Of a DNA stretch of 64,000 nucleotides, positions 35,719-45,806 are shown one piece after another. The first letter of the stretch is position 1; every line of letters starts with the position of its first letter. The notes beneath the pieces were generated by a model. That model was given only the letters and a program-made list of their open reading frames with translations, had not been told where the DNA came from and searched no databases. The position numbers were made by a program, and so were the translations under genes. This DNA is from Limisphaerales bacterium (lineage in GTDB: Bacteria; Verrucomicrobiota; Verrucomicrobiia; Limisphaerales; UBA11358), in contig PMOA01000100.1 of NCBI GenBank assembly GCA_003161635.1, forward strand, positions 9,771 to 73,770, in the 5' to 3' direction.

Positions 35719-37083
35719 TCATGGTTTTGACGGCGCGGGCTTTTGAATCATGTCCCCGCCGATGGCGCGTTCGAGCCTGGCGCGGGCGACGGCATAATCG
35801 TGCAACGCCTGGATTTGCGTCGTGCGCGCCTGCGTCAGTGAAGTCTCGGCGTCGAGCACGTCGAGTTGCGTGCTGGTGCCGGCGTCGGCGCGGGCGCGCG
35901 CCTCGCGCAGGGCTTCGTCGGCCTGCTCCTGCACTTTTTGCTGCGACTCCAGAACCTCACGCGCCTCGATGAAATCGGAATAGGCCGTGCGAACTTCGAG
36001 CTCAATTTGGCGTCCCTTGTCGTCCACGTCAGTCCTGGATTTTTCGTAAAGCGCCTTGGCTTGGACGACTTTGCCGCGCGTCAGCATCCCGTCAAAAATA
36101 TCCCAGCTCAATTGTCCGCCGGCGTTCCAGCCGTGAATATCATGATCGAGTTCGACCGGCTGCGTAAATTGGGCGTTATACCAATTGTAACCGGCAAAAA
36201 CCTGAACCGTCGGCTTGTAGCCGGCCTTGGCGTTGACGACATTGAGGCGCTGCAACTCCGCCGTTTTGCGCGCGGCGACAAGTTCGGTGCGTCTGGCCAG
36301 CGCCTGCTGGATGGCGGCGGGCAAATCCACCTGATACGGTGCGGCGTCGAGCGTATCCGTCAGGTTCAACGGAATATCGTCCCAAATTTCGCGCGGCAGA
36401 TTGTAACCCAGCAGATTCGACAAATTATTTTTGGTGATGCGATAATTGTTTCGCGCCCGAATCAGAGCCGGACGCTCATTGGCGACAGCGACTTCGGCGC
36501 GCAACACGTTGAAGTGCGGCACGGTGCCCGCGTCGTAACGGCGTTGCTGGTCTTCGAGTTCCTTTTGGAGCAGGTTGACCGAGGCCTCATGCACGGTGAT
36601 TTGCTGGGCGGCAAGCAGCACGTCGTAATACACCACTCGCGCACCAAGCAATGTGTCGGCAATCACGGCCTGATATTGCGCCAGCGCCTGCTGCTTCGTG
36701 ACGCTGGCCGCGCGCAACGCCGCGACCATTTTTCCGCCCTCGTAAATGGATTGAACGATTTGAACGCCCGCATTCCAGTTTTGATGCGGTTGGCTGAAGC
36801 CAGGAAAGGATTCAATCGCGTTCGGATCGGTGTCCTTATATTGCCCGGTGGCTTGGACTTGCGGCAGGGCGACGGCGCGCGTCTGCACGACCACGCCATA
36901 CTGCGCATCAAGATCGTTCCTGGCCTTGAGGATCGTGGCGTTTTGTGAGAGCGCGATATTGAGGCAGTCGGTCAGCGACAGCGGGCGCGTGATCCAGCCG
37001 GGTAAACTGGTATTTGTGTTTTGCGCTGTTATGTTCCAGACAAAACAAATGAGCACTCCTGCGCAGAATAACAACTTTTTCAT
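35719..37083 (-). CDS. TolC-family outer membrane efflux protein
   Basis: Signal peptide [20 protein letters not shown]. Two OEP repeats show the typical pattern ([14 protein letters not shown]...; Y.P.V.....Y; coiled-coil heptads). Confidence 0.85.
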   Translation of the reverse strand: MKKLLFCAGVLICFVWNITAQNTNTSLPGWITRPLSLTDCLNIALSQNATILKARNDLDAQYGVVVQTRAVALPQVQATGQYKDTDPNAIESFPGFSQPHQNWNAGVQIVQSIYEGGKMVAALRAASVTKQQALAQYQAVIADTLLGARVVYYDVLLAAQQITVHEASVNLLQKELEDQQRRYDAGTVPHFNVLRAEVAVANERPALIRARNNYRITKNNLSNLLGYNLPREIWDDIPLNLTDTLDAAPYQVDLPAAIQQALARRTELVAARKTAELQRLNVVNAKAGYKPTVQVFAGYNWYNAQFTQPVELDHDIHGWNAGGQLSWDIFDGMLTRGKVVQAKALYEKSRTDVDDKGRQIELEVRTAYSDFIEAREVLESQQKVQEQADEALREARARADAGTSTQLDVLDAETSLTQARTTQIQALHDYAVARARLERAIGGDMIQKPAPSKP

Positions 37084-37158
37084 ACGGCCATGAATCTATC
37101 ATTTGGGCAATTTAGCGCAAACTTGCAATTTTTTGCCGCATGGGCTTTCCTTTGCCCG

Positions 37159-38127
37159 ATGTGGCGGCGAAGAATTTTTATTTTAACCTTCAGTTTTGCG
37201 CTTGCCGCGTTTTTTGTCGCTGGTTGTTCCTCGAATTCTTCGAACGTCTTTCAAGGCTACATCGAAGGCGAATACGTTTACGTGGCGTCGCCGCTCGGTG
37301 GCGCGCTGACAAATCTGGCCGTTGCGCGCGGTGATGAGGTGAAGACCGGGCAATTGTTGTTTGAGTTGGAACGCGGGTCGGAAGCCGCGACTGTCCAACA
37401 GGCGGAAAAAAATCTCGCACAGGCTCAATCCCAGTTGGACGATTTGAACAAAGGCAAGCGTCCGACGGAAATCGCCTCGCTCGAAGCGCAACTGGAGCGC
37501 GCACAGGCCAATTTGAAACTGTCCGCAGCCGATTTGGCCCGGCGTGAGCAACTCGGTGGCGCCGACGTGGTTTCCAAGGAAGAATTGGATCAGGCCCGAG
37601 CCCAGCGCGACGTCGATCAGGCGCAGGTTAACCAACTGATGGCAGATTTGGAAACGGCTCGGCTCGGCGGTCGGGAGGATGTTGTTCGCGCTGCCGAGGC
37701 CGGCGTCGAATCGCAGAAGGCTGCGTTGGACAAGACGCGCTGGTCGTTTGACCAGAAGGAGCAGTTCGCGCCGGCGAACGCGTTTGTGCATGACACATTG
37801 TTCCGCCTCGGCGAATGGGTTGCGTCGGGTAATCCGATCGTCGAGCTGTTGCCGCCAGGCAATGTGAAAGTGCGTTTCTTCGTGCCGCAGGAAATGTTGC
37901 CGCGAATCAAGACCGGCGAAAACGTCAGCGTCACTTTTGACGGCGGCAAGCACGCGTATTCGGCCACGGTCAATTACATTTCCACGCAGGCTGAATTCAC
38001 GCCGCCGGTTTTATACAATCGCGAGAACCGCGCGAAACTGATTTTCATGATTGAGGCGAAATTTTCTCCGGTGGACGCGGCGGACCTTCGCCCCGGCCAG
38101 CCGGTGGATGTGAAAATCTCTCCTTGA
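37159..38127 (+). CDS. HlyD-family periplasmic adaptor (YbhG-like)
   Basis: I prefer ATG 37159 (MWRRRIFILTF...AGCSS). Motifs: G.IEGEYVYVASPLGG.L..L.V.RGD.V..GQ.LF.L, a long coiled coil, then V.V.FD...Y...V.YIS..AEFTPP. Confidence 0.85.
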   Translation: MWRRRIFILTFSFALAAFFVAGCSSNSSNVFQGYIEGEYVYVASPLGGALTNLAVARGDEVKTGQLLFELERGSEAATVQQAEKNLAQAQSQLDDLNKGKRPTEIASLEAQLERAQANLKLSAADLARREQLGGADVVSKEELDQARAQRDVDQAQVNQLMADLETARLGGREDVVRAAEAGVESQKAALDKTRWSFDQKEQFAPANAFVHDTLFRLGEWVASGNPIVELLPPGNVKVRFFVPQEMLPRIKTGENVSVTFDGGKHAYSATVNYISTQAEFTPPVLYNRENRAKLIFMIEAKFSPVDAADLRPGQPVDVKISP

Positions 38128-38130
38128 GGC

Positions 38131-39057
38131 ATGAGCGCGAGCGAACTCGTCATTGACGTTCACGGCGTCACGAAAAAATTCGGCGGACGCACCGTCGTCA
38201 ACGACATCGCGATGCAAGTGCGCCACGGCGAGATTTACGGTTTCCTCGGACCGAACGGCAGTGGCAAGACGACTTTTCTGCGGATGCTCTGCGGCCTGCT
38301 CAAGCCGGATGCCGGCAGTGGCCAGTGTCTCGGTTTCGATTTTCGCGCGCAAAGTTCCAAAATAAAAAAGCAGGTCGGCTACATGACGCAGCGGTTCAGT
38401 TTTTACGAAGATTTGACCATCGAGGAAAATCTGGATTTCATCGCGCGCATTTACGGCGTGCAGCAGCGCAAGGCCGCCGTTGAAAAAAGTCTCGAACGGC
38501 TCGGCATGACCGAACGTCGCAAACAACTCGCCGGTGAATTGTCCGGCGGCTGGAAACAGCGGCTCGCGTTGTCCGCGTGCCTGATTCACGAGCCGCAACT
38601 GCTTTTGCTCGACGAACCGACGGCGGGTGTTGACCCGAAGGCGCGCCGCGATTTTTGGGACGAAATTCAGCAGCTTGCCGGCGCGGGATTGACCGTGCTG
38701 ATCACCACACATTACATGGATGAAGCGGAACGCTGCAATCGCGTAGCCTACATCAGCTATGGAAACTTGCTGGCAAGTGGAACGGTTGAAGAAGTTTTGA
38801 AAAATTCAAAACTCACGACGTGGGAAGTGACCGGCGGGAATTTGCATGAACTCGCGGAAAAAATTCGCGGAAAACTCGGCGTCGAACAGGTCGTCGCGTT
38901 CGGCTCGACGCTGCACGTCAGCGGGAGCGACGTGGAAAAATTGCGCGCGAGCGTAAGTTCGTTGATCACGGGCGATCATCACTGGAAAAAAATTCAATCT
39001 GGACTCGAAGAAGTTTTCATCAGCCTGATGGAAACCGCGAAGGACAATTACTCGTGA
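38131..39057 (+). CDS. ABC transporter ATP-binding protein (ABC-2 type)
   Basis: Motifs: GFLGPNGSGKTTFLRML, LSGGWKQRLALSACLI, LLLLDEPTAGVD, ITTHYMDEAE. Confidence 0.9.
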   Translation: MSASELVIDVHGVTKKFGGRTVVNDIAMQVRHGEIYGFLGPNGSGKTTFLRMLCGLLKPDAGSGQCLGFDFRAQSSKIKKQVGYMTQRFSFYEDLTIEENLDFIARIYGVQQRKAAVEKSLERLGMTERRKQLAGELSGGWKQRLALSACLIHEPQLLLLDEPTAGVDPKARRDFWDEIQQLAGAGLTVLITTHYMDEAERCNRVAYISYGNLLASGTVEEVLKNSKLTTWEVTGGNLHELAEKIRGKLGVEQVVAFGSTLHVSGSDVEKLRASVSSLITGDHHWKKIQSGLEEVFISLMETAKDNYS

Positions 39058-40184
39058 GATTCAGCTGGCAACGGTTTTGCGCCATCGTCGCGAAGGAGTT
39101 CATCCAAATGCGGCGCGATCGGCTGACATTTGCCATGATGCTTGGCATTCCGCTGATGCAACTTATTCTGTTCGGTTACGCCATCAATTCCGACCCGAAG
39201 CATCTGCCGACCGCCGTTTATTCCGCCGACAACGGCACTTTTTCGCGCACGATTGTCTGGGCGATGCGCAACAGCAGTTACTTCGACATCACGCGCGAAC
39301 CGCAGAGCGAGGCGGAAATTCAAAAACTGCTGGCGCAAGGCACAGTGCAGTTCGTGGTGGAAATCCCGGTGGATTTCTCGCGCAAACTGCTGCGCGGCGA
39401 ACAGCCGGATTTGCTGCTCGAAGCCGACGCAACCGACCCAATGGCCATAGGCTACGCCGTCGGCGCGATGAATTCGCTGACGCCGATCGTTTTGAATCGT
39501 GATTTGACCGGGCCACTGGCGAAACTTCGCGCCAGTTCCGCGCCATTCAATCTGGTTTTGCATCAGCATTACAATCCCGAAAACATCACGCAGTATAACA
39601 TCGTGCCCGGACTCATGGGCGTGATCCTGACGATGACGATGGTCATCATCACGGCACTCGCCATCACACGCGAACGCGAGAGCGGCACGATGGAGAACCT
39701 GCTTTCGACGCCGCTGCGCCCGGTCGAAGTGATCATCGGCAAAATCGTGCCTTACATCATGGTCGGCTACATGCAGATTTTTTTGATTCTGGTGGCAGCG
39801 AAATTTTTGTTTGACGTGCCGATGGTCGGCAGCGTGCCGTTGCTGCTCGCGGTGGCATTTTTATTCATTGTGGCGCATCTGGCGGTCGGCATCACTTTTT
39901 CCACCATTGCGCGAAATCAACGTCAGGCCATGCAGATGGGAATGTTTTTCTTTTTGCCGAACATTTTATTGTCCGGCTACATGTTTCCGTTTCGAGGAAT
40001 GCCGGGCTGGGCGCAGGACATCGGAGAAATTCTGCCGCTGACGCATTTTCTGCGAGTCGTGCGCGGGATTTTGCTGAAAGGGAATGGTTTTGCCGAAATC
40101 GCGCCCGACCTTTGGCCGATTGCGCTGTTTCTGGTCGTGATGCTGGCCATCGGCATCAAACGCTACCGGCAGACGTTGGACTAA
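39054..40184 (+). CDS. ABC-2 family permease (YbhR/YbhS-like)
   Basis: The GTG start overlaps the upstream stop (GTGA). The N-terminal TM is followed by a large periplasmic loop and five C-terminal TM helices. ERE.GT.E.L..TP is the typical ABC-2 motif. Confidence 0.85.
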   Translation: MRFSWQRFCAIVAKEFIQMRRDRLTFAMMLGIPLMQLILFGYAINSDPKHLPTAVYSADNGTFSRTIVWAMRNSSYFDITREPQSEAEIQKLLAQGTVQFVVEIPVDFSRKLLRGEQPDLLLEADATDPMAIGYAVGAMNSLTPIVLNRDLTGPLAKLRASSAPFNLVLHQHYNPENITQYNIVPGLMGVILTMTMVIITALAITRERESGTMENLLSTPLRPVEVIIGKIVPYIMVGYMQIFLILVAAKFLFDVPMVGSVPLLLAVAFLFIVAHLAVGITFSTIARNQRQAMQMGMFFFLPNILLSGYMFPFRGMPGWAQDIGEILPLTHFLRVVRGILLKGNGFAEIAPDLWPIALFLVVMLAIGIKRYRQTLD

Positions 40185-40280
40185 ACGACCGATTCAGAAC
40201 TGTAATTCATTGATTTTCAACGAGTTCAATTTCCCGGCTAAACTTGCAAATTTGGCCCATTTCGGTTCTCCTTAATCTAA

Positions 40281-41843
40281 ATGTGGCGACATAGTTGCCT
40301 GGTTTTAACAATCGGACTGGTGCTGGCCGGCAAGATATTGATCGGCGCGGAATCAGCCGAGGTCAATTTAGATTATGTGGCGCAACGCGCTCTCGAACGC
40401 GCGCGCCAACCTTTCCGCTCGCCGCGCGCCGATTTACCGAAGGTGCTGCGGCAGGAAAATCTCAACTACGACAAGTACCGCGAGATTGAATTCCGGCATG
40501 ACCGGGCGTTGTGGGCGGCGGACGGCCTGCCGTTTCACGTGGAGTTTTTTCATCCGGGCTACCTCTACCAGGAACCGGTTCACGTTTATGAATTTACGGC
40601 GACCCACGTGCAGCCCATCCGGTTCGTGCAGGACTTTTTCAATTACCGCGCGTTGCACATTCAAAACGAGATCCCTTCGGACACGGGTTACGCCGGGTTC
40701 CGCCTGTTGAATCAATTGAACGAATCGAACAAGTGGGATGAAATCGGCACGTTTCTCGGCGCGAGCTATTACCGGCTGCTCGGCAAGGGGCAGCGTTACG
40801 GCCAATCCGCGCGCGGACTGGCCCTGGACTGCGGGGAACCGGACCGTCCGGAGGAATTTCCGATTTTTACCGACTGGTGGCTGGGCAAGCCGCAAAAGGA
40901 CGATGGGCAATTAACCTTGTTTGCCATTCTCGACAGCGTTAGTTGCGCGGGCGCGTATCAATTTATCATCCGCCCGGGTGAAACGACCGTGGTGGACGTT
41001 GAAGCCGTGCTGTTTTTCCGCGAAACGAACAAGGTTCACGCCGTGAATACGAACCGGCTGCCCATCAAAACCATCGGCTGGGCGCCGCTGACGAGCATGT
41101 TTTTGTTCGGCAAAAATTCGGAGCGCAAATTCGATGATTACCGTCCCGAAGTTCATGACACCGACGGATTGCTGGTTCGCATGGACAACGGCGAAGTGTT
41201 CTGGCATCCGCTCGACAATCCCTCCGTCATGCGCCACCAAGTTTTTTCCGCCCCGAATGTCCGCGGTTTTGGATTGTTGCAGCGCGAGCGTTCCTTCGCG
41301 GCGTATCAGGACATGTTCAACCTTTATCACCTTGAACCCAGCGTGTGGATCGAGCCGCGGGGCAACTGGGGCGACGGCGATTTGCATCTGGTGGAACTGA
41401 GCGAGAATTACGAGGGCTTCGACAATGTCGTGGTATTTTGGGATCCCAAAAACAAACCCGCGCCACTGCAACCCCACCGCTTCAGCTACACGCTTCGTTG
41501 GATGAGCGAAACGGACAAGCTGTCCGAAGAGAAAGTCGTGTCCACGCGCATGGGTCTGGACTCAGGCTATGCGAATGCCCGGCAATTTGTGATTGATTTC
41601 GACGGGCCGAAACTCGACGCCATTCCCGAAACCGATCTTCCGCAGGCGGTTGCCAATTGCAGCGCCAACGCGGTGATTGTGTACAACCAGGTCCTGCGCT
41701 GCTTCGGGCTGGGTACCTGGCGCGTTATTTTGAAAATGCAACCCAGGCCCGGCAACGCCGATCCCGTGGACCTGCGCTGCACGTTGCAAAAGGGAACCAA
41801 CATTTTAAGCGAAACCTGGACTTATCAATGGAGTCCGCCATGA
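40281..41843 (+). CDS. opgG: periplasmic glucan biosynthesis protein OpgG/MdoG family
   Basis: It is 520 aa with a signal peptide. Family-like blocks: YDKYREIEFR.D.ALW, F.VEFFHPGY, GYAGFRL, E...FLGASYYR, GQ.YG.SARGLA.D, EFP.F..WWL. Confidence 0.82.
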   Translation: MWRHSCLVLTIGLVLAGKILIGAESAEVNLDYVAQRALERARQPFRSPRADLPKVLRQENLNYDKYREIEFRHDRALWAADGLPFHVEFFHPGYLYQEPVHVYEFTATHVQPIRFVQDFFNYRALHIQNEIPSDTGYAGFRLLNQLNESNKWDEIGTFLGASYYRLLGKGQRYGQSARGLALDCGEPDRPEEFPIFTDWWLGKPQKDDGQLTLFAILDSVSCAGAYQFIIRPGETTVVDVEAVLFFRETNKVHAVNTNRLPIKTIGWAPLTSMFLFGKNSERKFDDYRPEVHDTDGLLVRMDNGEVFWHPLDNPSVMRHQVFSAPNVRGFGLLQRERSFAAYQDMFNLYHLEPSVWIEPRGNWGDGDLHLVELSENYEGFDNVVVFWDPKNKPAPLQPHRFSYTLRWMSETDKLSEEKVVSTRMGLDSGYANARQFVIDFDGPKLDAIPETDLPQAVANCSANAVIVYNQVLRCFGLGTWRVILKMQPRPGNADPVDLRCTLQKGTNILSETWTYQWSPP

Positions 41844-42418
41844 ACGGCATTGGTGCGCTGACCGATTCCGCCGGCCATCTGGCGGGACGCCCGCTGGAAG
41901 AATGGAACGCGGCGTATGAGAAGGTGGAGAATTATTTCCACGCCCTGCGCGTCCGCAACAAGGCCCTGCTCGGCCAGCTGGTGCTCCGCGTGCTCGAACG
42001 CGCCGCGCACCGCGCGCCCGTCGAGCCGGAACGCTCCGCCACCCAGCTCGCCGCCGAGGAAATGGATCATATTGTGATTGAGTGGTTCGCCGAGGTGTTG
42101 CAGGAACCGCCGGCCAACGCCGACCAGATGCTCTCCACGCGCGGGCGGCTCGCGCTGCTGCTCGCCGACATGCCGGGCCGATGGCAGGAACAATTTTTGC
42201 GGCCCGGCCCGTGGCCGAAGGAATTCATCAGCGCCATGCGCGAAACCTATCTGCGCGCCGGACCGGATTTTCAGCTCTCAAAAATGACGCCGCGCCCCTT
42301 CGATCTTGGCCCGATTACAACCCTGACGAATCTGGGCAAGCTGCCCTATCTCAAAATGGTCCTGGCCTGGACGCTGTTTGCCCTGCTGCTGGTGGTCATT
42401 TTCATCATCACGCACTAA
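41840..42418 (+). CDS. hypothetical protein (192 aa, C-terminal TM anchor) between opgG and opgH
   Basis: The ATG at 41840 overlaps the opgG stop (ATGA), and the gene's stop is 3 nt before the opgH ATG. The N-terminal domain is helical, Ala/Leu/Arg-rich and soluble. The C-terminal helix is MVLAWTLFALLLVVIFIIT. I recognise no motif. Confidence 0.55.
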   Translation: MNGIGALTDSAGHLAGRPLEEWNAAYEKVENYFHALRVRNKALLGQLVLRVLERAAHRAPVEPERSATQLAAEEMDHIVIEWFAEVLQEPPANADQMLSTRGRLALLLADMPGRWQEQFLRPGPWPKEFISAMRETYLRAGPDFQLSKMTPRPFDLGPITTLTNLGKLPYLKMVLAWTLFALLLVVIFIITH

Positions 42419-42421
42419 GCC

Positions 42422-44596
42422 ATGTCCGGCGTTTCTCCATCCGCCACGGCCTCAAGCCCGTCACCGTCCCTGCGGGTGGCGTCTGTGCCACGCACCGCGC
42501 GCGGCTGGCGGCTGTTCATCTTTTATTCCTGCGCACTGCTGCTCACCGGTCTGGTCTCGATGCTTTTTGCCGATTTGCTGTGGCGGACGGGCTGGTCCGC
42601 GTCGCGCACCGTGCTGATGGTTTTGTTTGTGATTTTGTTTTTGTTCGCCGCCATCGGTTGCATGCACGGCTTGTATGGTTTTGTCTTGCGGATGTTCGGC
42701 GACGACCGCTGCATCACAGGTCTGAAGGAATATCGCGGGCAAAGCATTGCCGGCATCAGCACGGCCATTGTCTTCCCGGTTTACAACGAAGACGTCGTGC
42801 GCGTCTGCGAAGGCTTGCGCGCAACGTATGAATCCCTGGAAAAAACCGGCCAGCTTGAACGCTTCGACTTTTTCATCCTGAGCGACTCCACCAATCCCGA
42901 CAAATGGGTTGAGGAGGAGCGGCGCTGGTATGATTTGGTTCGCGAACTCGACGCGCTGGGCCGCATTCACTATCGCCGCCGGCTGAACAACGAAGGCCGC
43001 AAAAGCGGGAACGTGCGCGATTTTCTCAACGCTTGGGGCCGCCGCTACCGCTATTTCATGGTGTGCGACGCTGACAGTGTCATGCGCGGCGAAACGCTCG
43101 TGGAGCTGGTGAAATTAATGGAAGCGCATCCGACCGCCGGACTGATCCAGACGGTGCCCGCCACGGTCAACTGCGAATCGCTTTTCGGGCGCATTCAGCA
43201 ATTCGCCAACCGTCTTTACGCGCCGATCTTCATCGCGGGCCTGAACTACTGGGCGCTCGATATCGGAAATTACTGGGGGCACAACGCCATCATCCGCACC
43301 GAACCGTTCATGCAATTCTGCGATTTGCCGCAACTGCCCGGACGCAAGCCGTTCGGCGGCCAGATTCTCAGCCACGATTTTGTCGAGGCCGCGCTGCTGT
43401 TGCGCGAGAACTGGGAAGTCTGGTTCGCCTACGACCTGGAAGGCAGTTACGAGGAAGCGCCGCAGGCCATGATCGAAAACGCCCAGCGCGAACGCCGCTG
43501 GTGCCAGGGCAATCTGCAGCACGGCCTCGTGCTCTTTGCCAAGGGACTGCGCGGGGTGAGCCGGCTGCATTTGATGCTGGGCATTTGCGGGTATCTCGCC
43601 GGGCCGCTGTGGCTGGCGTTCCTGCTCACGTTCAACTGGATTTGCTGGTTTCACAAACACACCGGCCTGTCGGATATTCCCGTTCACGCCTTCACGCCGT
43701 ATTTGAACCTCAGCGCCACCACCCACGCCCTGCTCATTTTCGTCATCTGCATGGTCGTCATCATGCTGCCGAAGGTGCTGGTGCTCATTGACCTTTCGTA
43801 TGATTCGCAACGCCGCCGCGCGTTCGGCGGTCTGGCGCGCGCGACCACCGGCGTCGCGGCCGAAACCATTTTTTCCACGTTGCACGCGCCGCTGCTGATG
43901 TTGTGGCACACGCGGTTTGTCCTCATCAACCTGCTGGGCGTCAGCGGCGGTTGGTGGCCGCAAAAACGCGCCGCCGACGGCACGGCGTGGACCTATGCCA
44001 TCCGGCGGCATTGGGGGCACACGTTGTTCGGGCTAGTTTGGGGCGCATTCATGTGGTGGCTCGGACCGTCGCTGTTCTGGTGGTTCACGCCCATGCTGGC
44101 GGGAATGATTTTGTCCATTCCCTTGAGCGTCTTCACCAGCCGGCGCAGCCTCGGCGCGCGCGCGCGAAAGCTGGGATTGTTTCTCACGCCGGAAGAAATC
44201 GCGCCGCCGCCGGAATTGGTCGCGCTCCGTGCGAACATGAAAGTCCATGAAATCACCGAAGACACTTCCCCGCGCCGTCCGCACGCGGGTCTGGCGGAGG
44301 CGGTGCTCGACCCTTACGTCAACGCCATTCACGTTTCACTGCTGCGCGAGAAGCAACTTAATCCGTTTTATGCCGAACAGCTCGCCACGCTGGGCGTCGG
44401 GACCCCCCAAGTACGCGCCTTGGGCGAAAAATTGCTGGCTGCCGGGCCGGACAAATTGACGCCTGCCGAACGGCTTTTAATCATGGCCGACGAGCGCACC
44501 ATGGTCTGGCTGTATCATGAAGCCTGGCTGCGTCAATCGCTCGCGCCGTGGTGGAAAGCCTCGATTCGCGGATACAGCCGGCAGGATGAGTCGTAA
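42422..44596 (+). CDS. opgH: glucans biosynthesis glucosyltransferase H (GT2, OpgH/MdoH)
   Basis: Motifs: TAIVFPVYNED, FFILSDST, YRRR..N.GRKSGN, MVCDADS, WGHNAIIR, SHDFVEAALL, QRERRWCQGNLQH. There are multiple TM helices on both sides of the GT2 domain. Confidence 0.9.
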   Translation: MSGVSPSATASSPSPSLRVASVPRTARGWRLFIFYSCALLLTGLVSMLFADLLWRTGWSASRTVLMVLFVILFLFAAIGCMHGLYGFVLRMFGDDRCITGLKEYRGQSIAGISTAIVFPVYNEDVVRVCEGLRATYESLEKTGQLERFDFFILSDSTNPDKWVEEERRWYDLVRELDALGRIHYRRRLNNEGRKSGNVRDFLNAWGRRYRYFMVCDADSVMRGETLVELVKLMEAHPTAGLIQTVPATVNCESLFGRIQQFANRLYAPIFIAGLNYWALDIGNYWGHNAIIRTEPFMQFCDLPQLPGRKPFGGQILSHDFVEAALLLRENWEVWFAYDLEGSYEEAPQAMIENAQRERRWCQGNLQHGLVLFAKGLRGVSRLHLMLGICGYLAGPLWLAFLLTFNWICWFHKHTGLSDIPVHAFTPYLNLSATTHALLIFVICMVVIMLPKVLVLIDLSYDSQRRRAFGGLARATTGVAAETIFSTLHAPLLMLWHTRFVLINLLGVSGGWWPQKRAADGTAWTYAIRRHWGHTLFGLVWGAFMWWLGPSLFWWFTPMLAGMILSIPLSVFTSRRSLGARARKLGLFLTPEEIAPPPELVALRANMKVHEITEDTSPRRPHAGLAEAVLDPYVNAIHVSLLREKQLNPFYAEQLATLGVGTPQVRALGEKLLAAGPDKLTPAERLLIMADERTMVWLYHEAWLRQSLAPWWKASIRGYSRQDES

Positions 44597-44615
44597 CCGC
44601 GACTTCTCGCTGCGG

Positions 44616-45764
44616 CTAGAGCAATTCCAGCACTCGTTGCAACTCCGCGTCCGTGTTGTAAAAGTGCGGCGAGAGGCGGAGGTAATTTTGTCCCTTGCGA
44701 TCGGTGCGCAACGACGTGACGACACCGGCATCCGTCAACTTTTTGTGGAGCGCCGCGAGGTCCTGGCTGGGCTGGTGAAAGGAAACAATACTGCTGGTGT
44801 TTTCCGGTTTTACGTCCGCGTTCAAAACCGTAAAACCTTTCGCCTGCAGCGCCGGCGCCAGCCACGCGCGTTTGCGCAGCAGTTCGGCGGCGATGTTTTC
44901 GACGCCGATTTCCACCACGAGTTCCATTGCAGTGATCAAACCGACCAGGCCGAGCAGATTGTGCGTGCCGGCTTCGTATTTCGTCGCGTCGTTGCGGAAA
45001 ACAATTTGTTCCTGCGCGACGAAATTCGGGCAACGCACATTATGCCAGCCGTAAATCGGCGGGTTCAGTTTTTCCTGCAACTCGCGCCGGACATAAAGCA
45101 GGCCCGCACCGCAAGGGCCGAGCAGCCATTTGTGCGCGTCGGCGGCGAGAAAATCCACGTGCTCTACCGTCGTCGGAAACGCGCCGAGCGTCTGAATCGC
45201 ATCGAGACAAAATAGGATTCCACGTTCGCGCAAAAATTTGCCGATGGCCTGAAAATCAATGCGATAGCCACTGATGAAGTGGCAGGACGCGAGCGCGACG
45301 AGCCGGGTGTTTTCGTCCACCTGACCCATCACGTCCTGCGGGCGGATGACGCCGAAGCCGCGGGTGTTCAACAGGCGGACTTCGACGCCGTGTTCGGCCA
45401 GCGCCATCCACGGATAAACGTTCGACGGGTAATCGTCATGATAAATGAGGAGGTTGTCGCCCTTGCGAAAACTCAGCCCGGCGGCGACAAAACTCAGCGC
45501 GAGCGAAGTCGGCCCGACGAGTGCGACTTCCTCCGGCTGGCAATTCAACAATCGCGCCCCAAGTTTGCGCGCATCGTTCAAGCGGTGCAGAACGAAGGCT
45601 TCCTGATCTCCCAGCGTGCCGCGTTTGGCGCATTCGGAAACGGCTTCGGCGACGCGATGCGGCAACGGACAAACCCCGGCGTGCGCGAGGAAAATTTTGT
45701 CGCGAGCGACAGGGAACTCACGTTGGCGAAGTTCCTCGTTCGCGAGCAATTCGGTCAATGTCAT
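44616..45764 (-). CDS. aminotransferase class V-fold PLP enzyme (cysteine desulfurase/epimerase-like)
   Basis: Motifs: FLAHAGVCPLP, SCHFISGY, DAIQTLG, FLAADAHKWLLGP.G.G (PLP-Lys context). Confidence 0.75.
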   Translation of the reverse strand: MTLTELLANEELRQREFPVARDKIFLAHAGVCPLPHRVAEAVSECAKRGTLGDQEAFVLHRLNDARKLGARLLNCQPEEVALVGPTSLALSFVAAGLSFRKGDNLLIYHDDYPSNVYPWMALAEHGVEVRLLNTRGFGVIRPQDVMGQVDENTRLVALASCHFISGYRIDFQAIGKFLRERGILFCLDAIQTLGAFPTTVEHVDFLAADAHKWLLGPCGAGLLYVRRELQEKLNPPIYGWHNVRCPNFVAQEQIVFRNDATKYEAGTHNLLGLVGLITAMELVVEIGVENIAAELLRKRAWLAPALQAKGFTVLNADVKPENTSSIVSFHQPSQDLAALHKKLTDAGVVTSLRTDRKGQNYLRLSPHFYNTDAELQRVLELL

Positions 45765-45806
45765 GCGGCGAAAGTAATGGGCAAAGGTCCGGCTCGCAAA
45801 GCGGAA

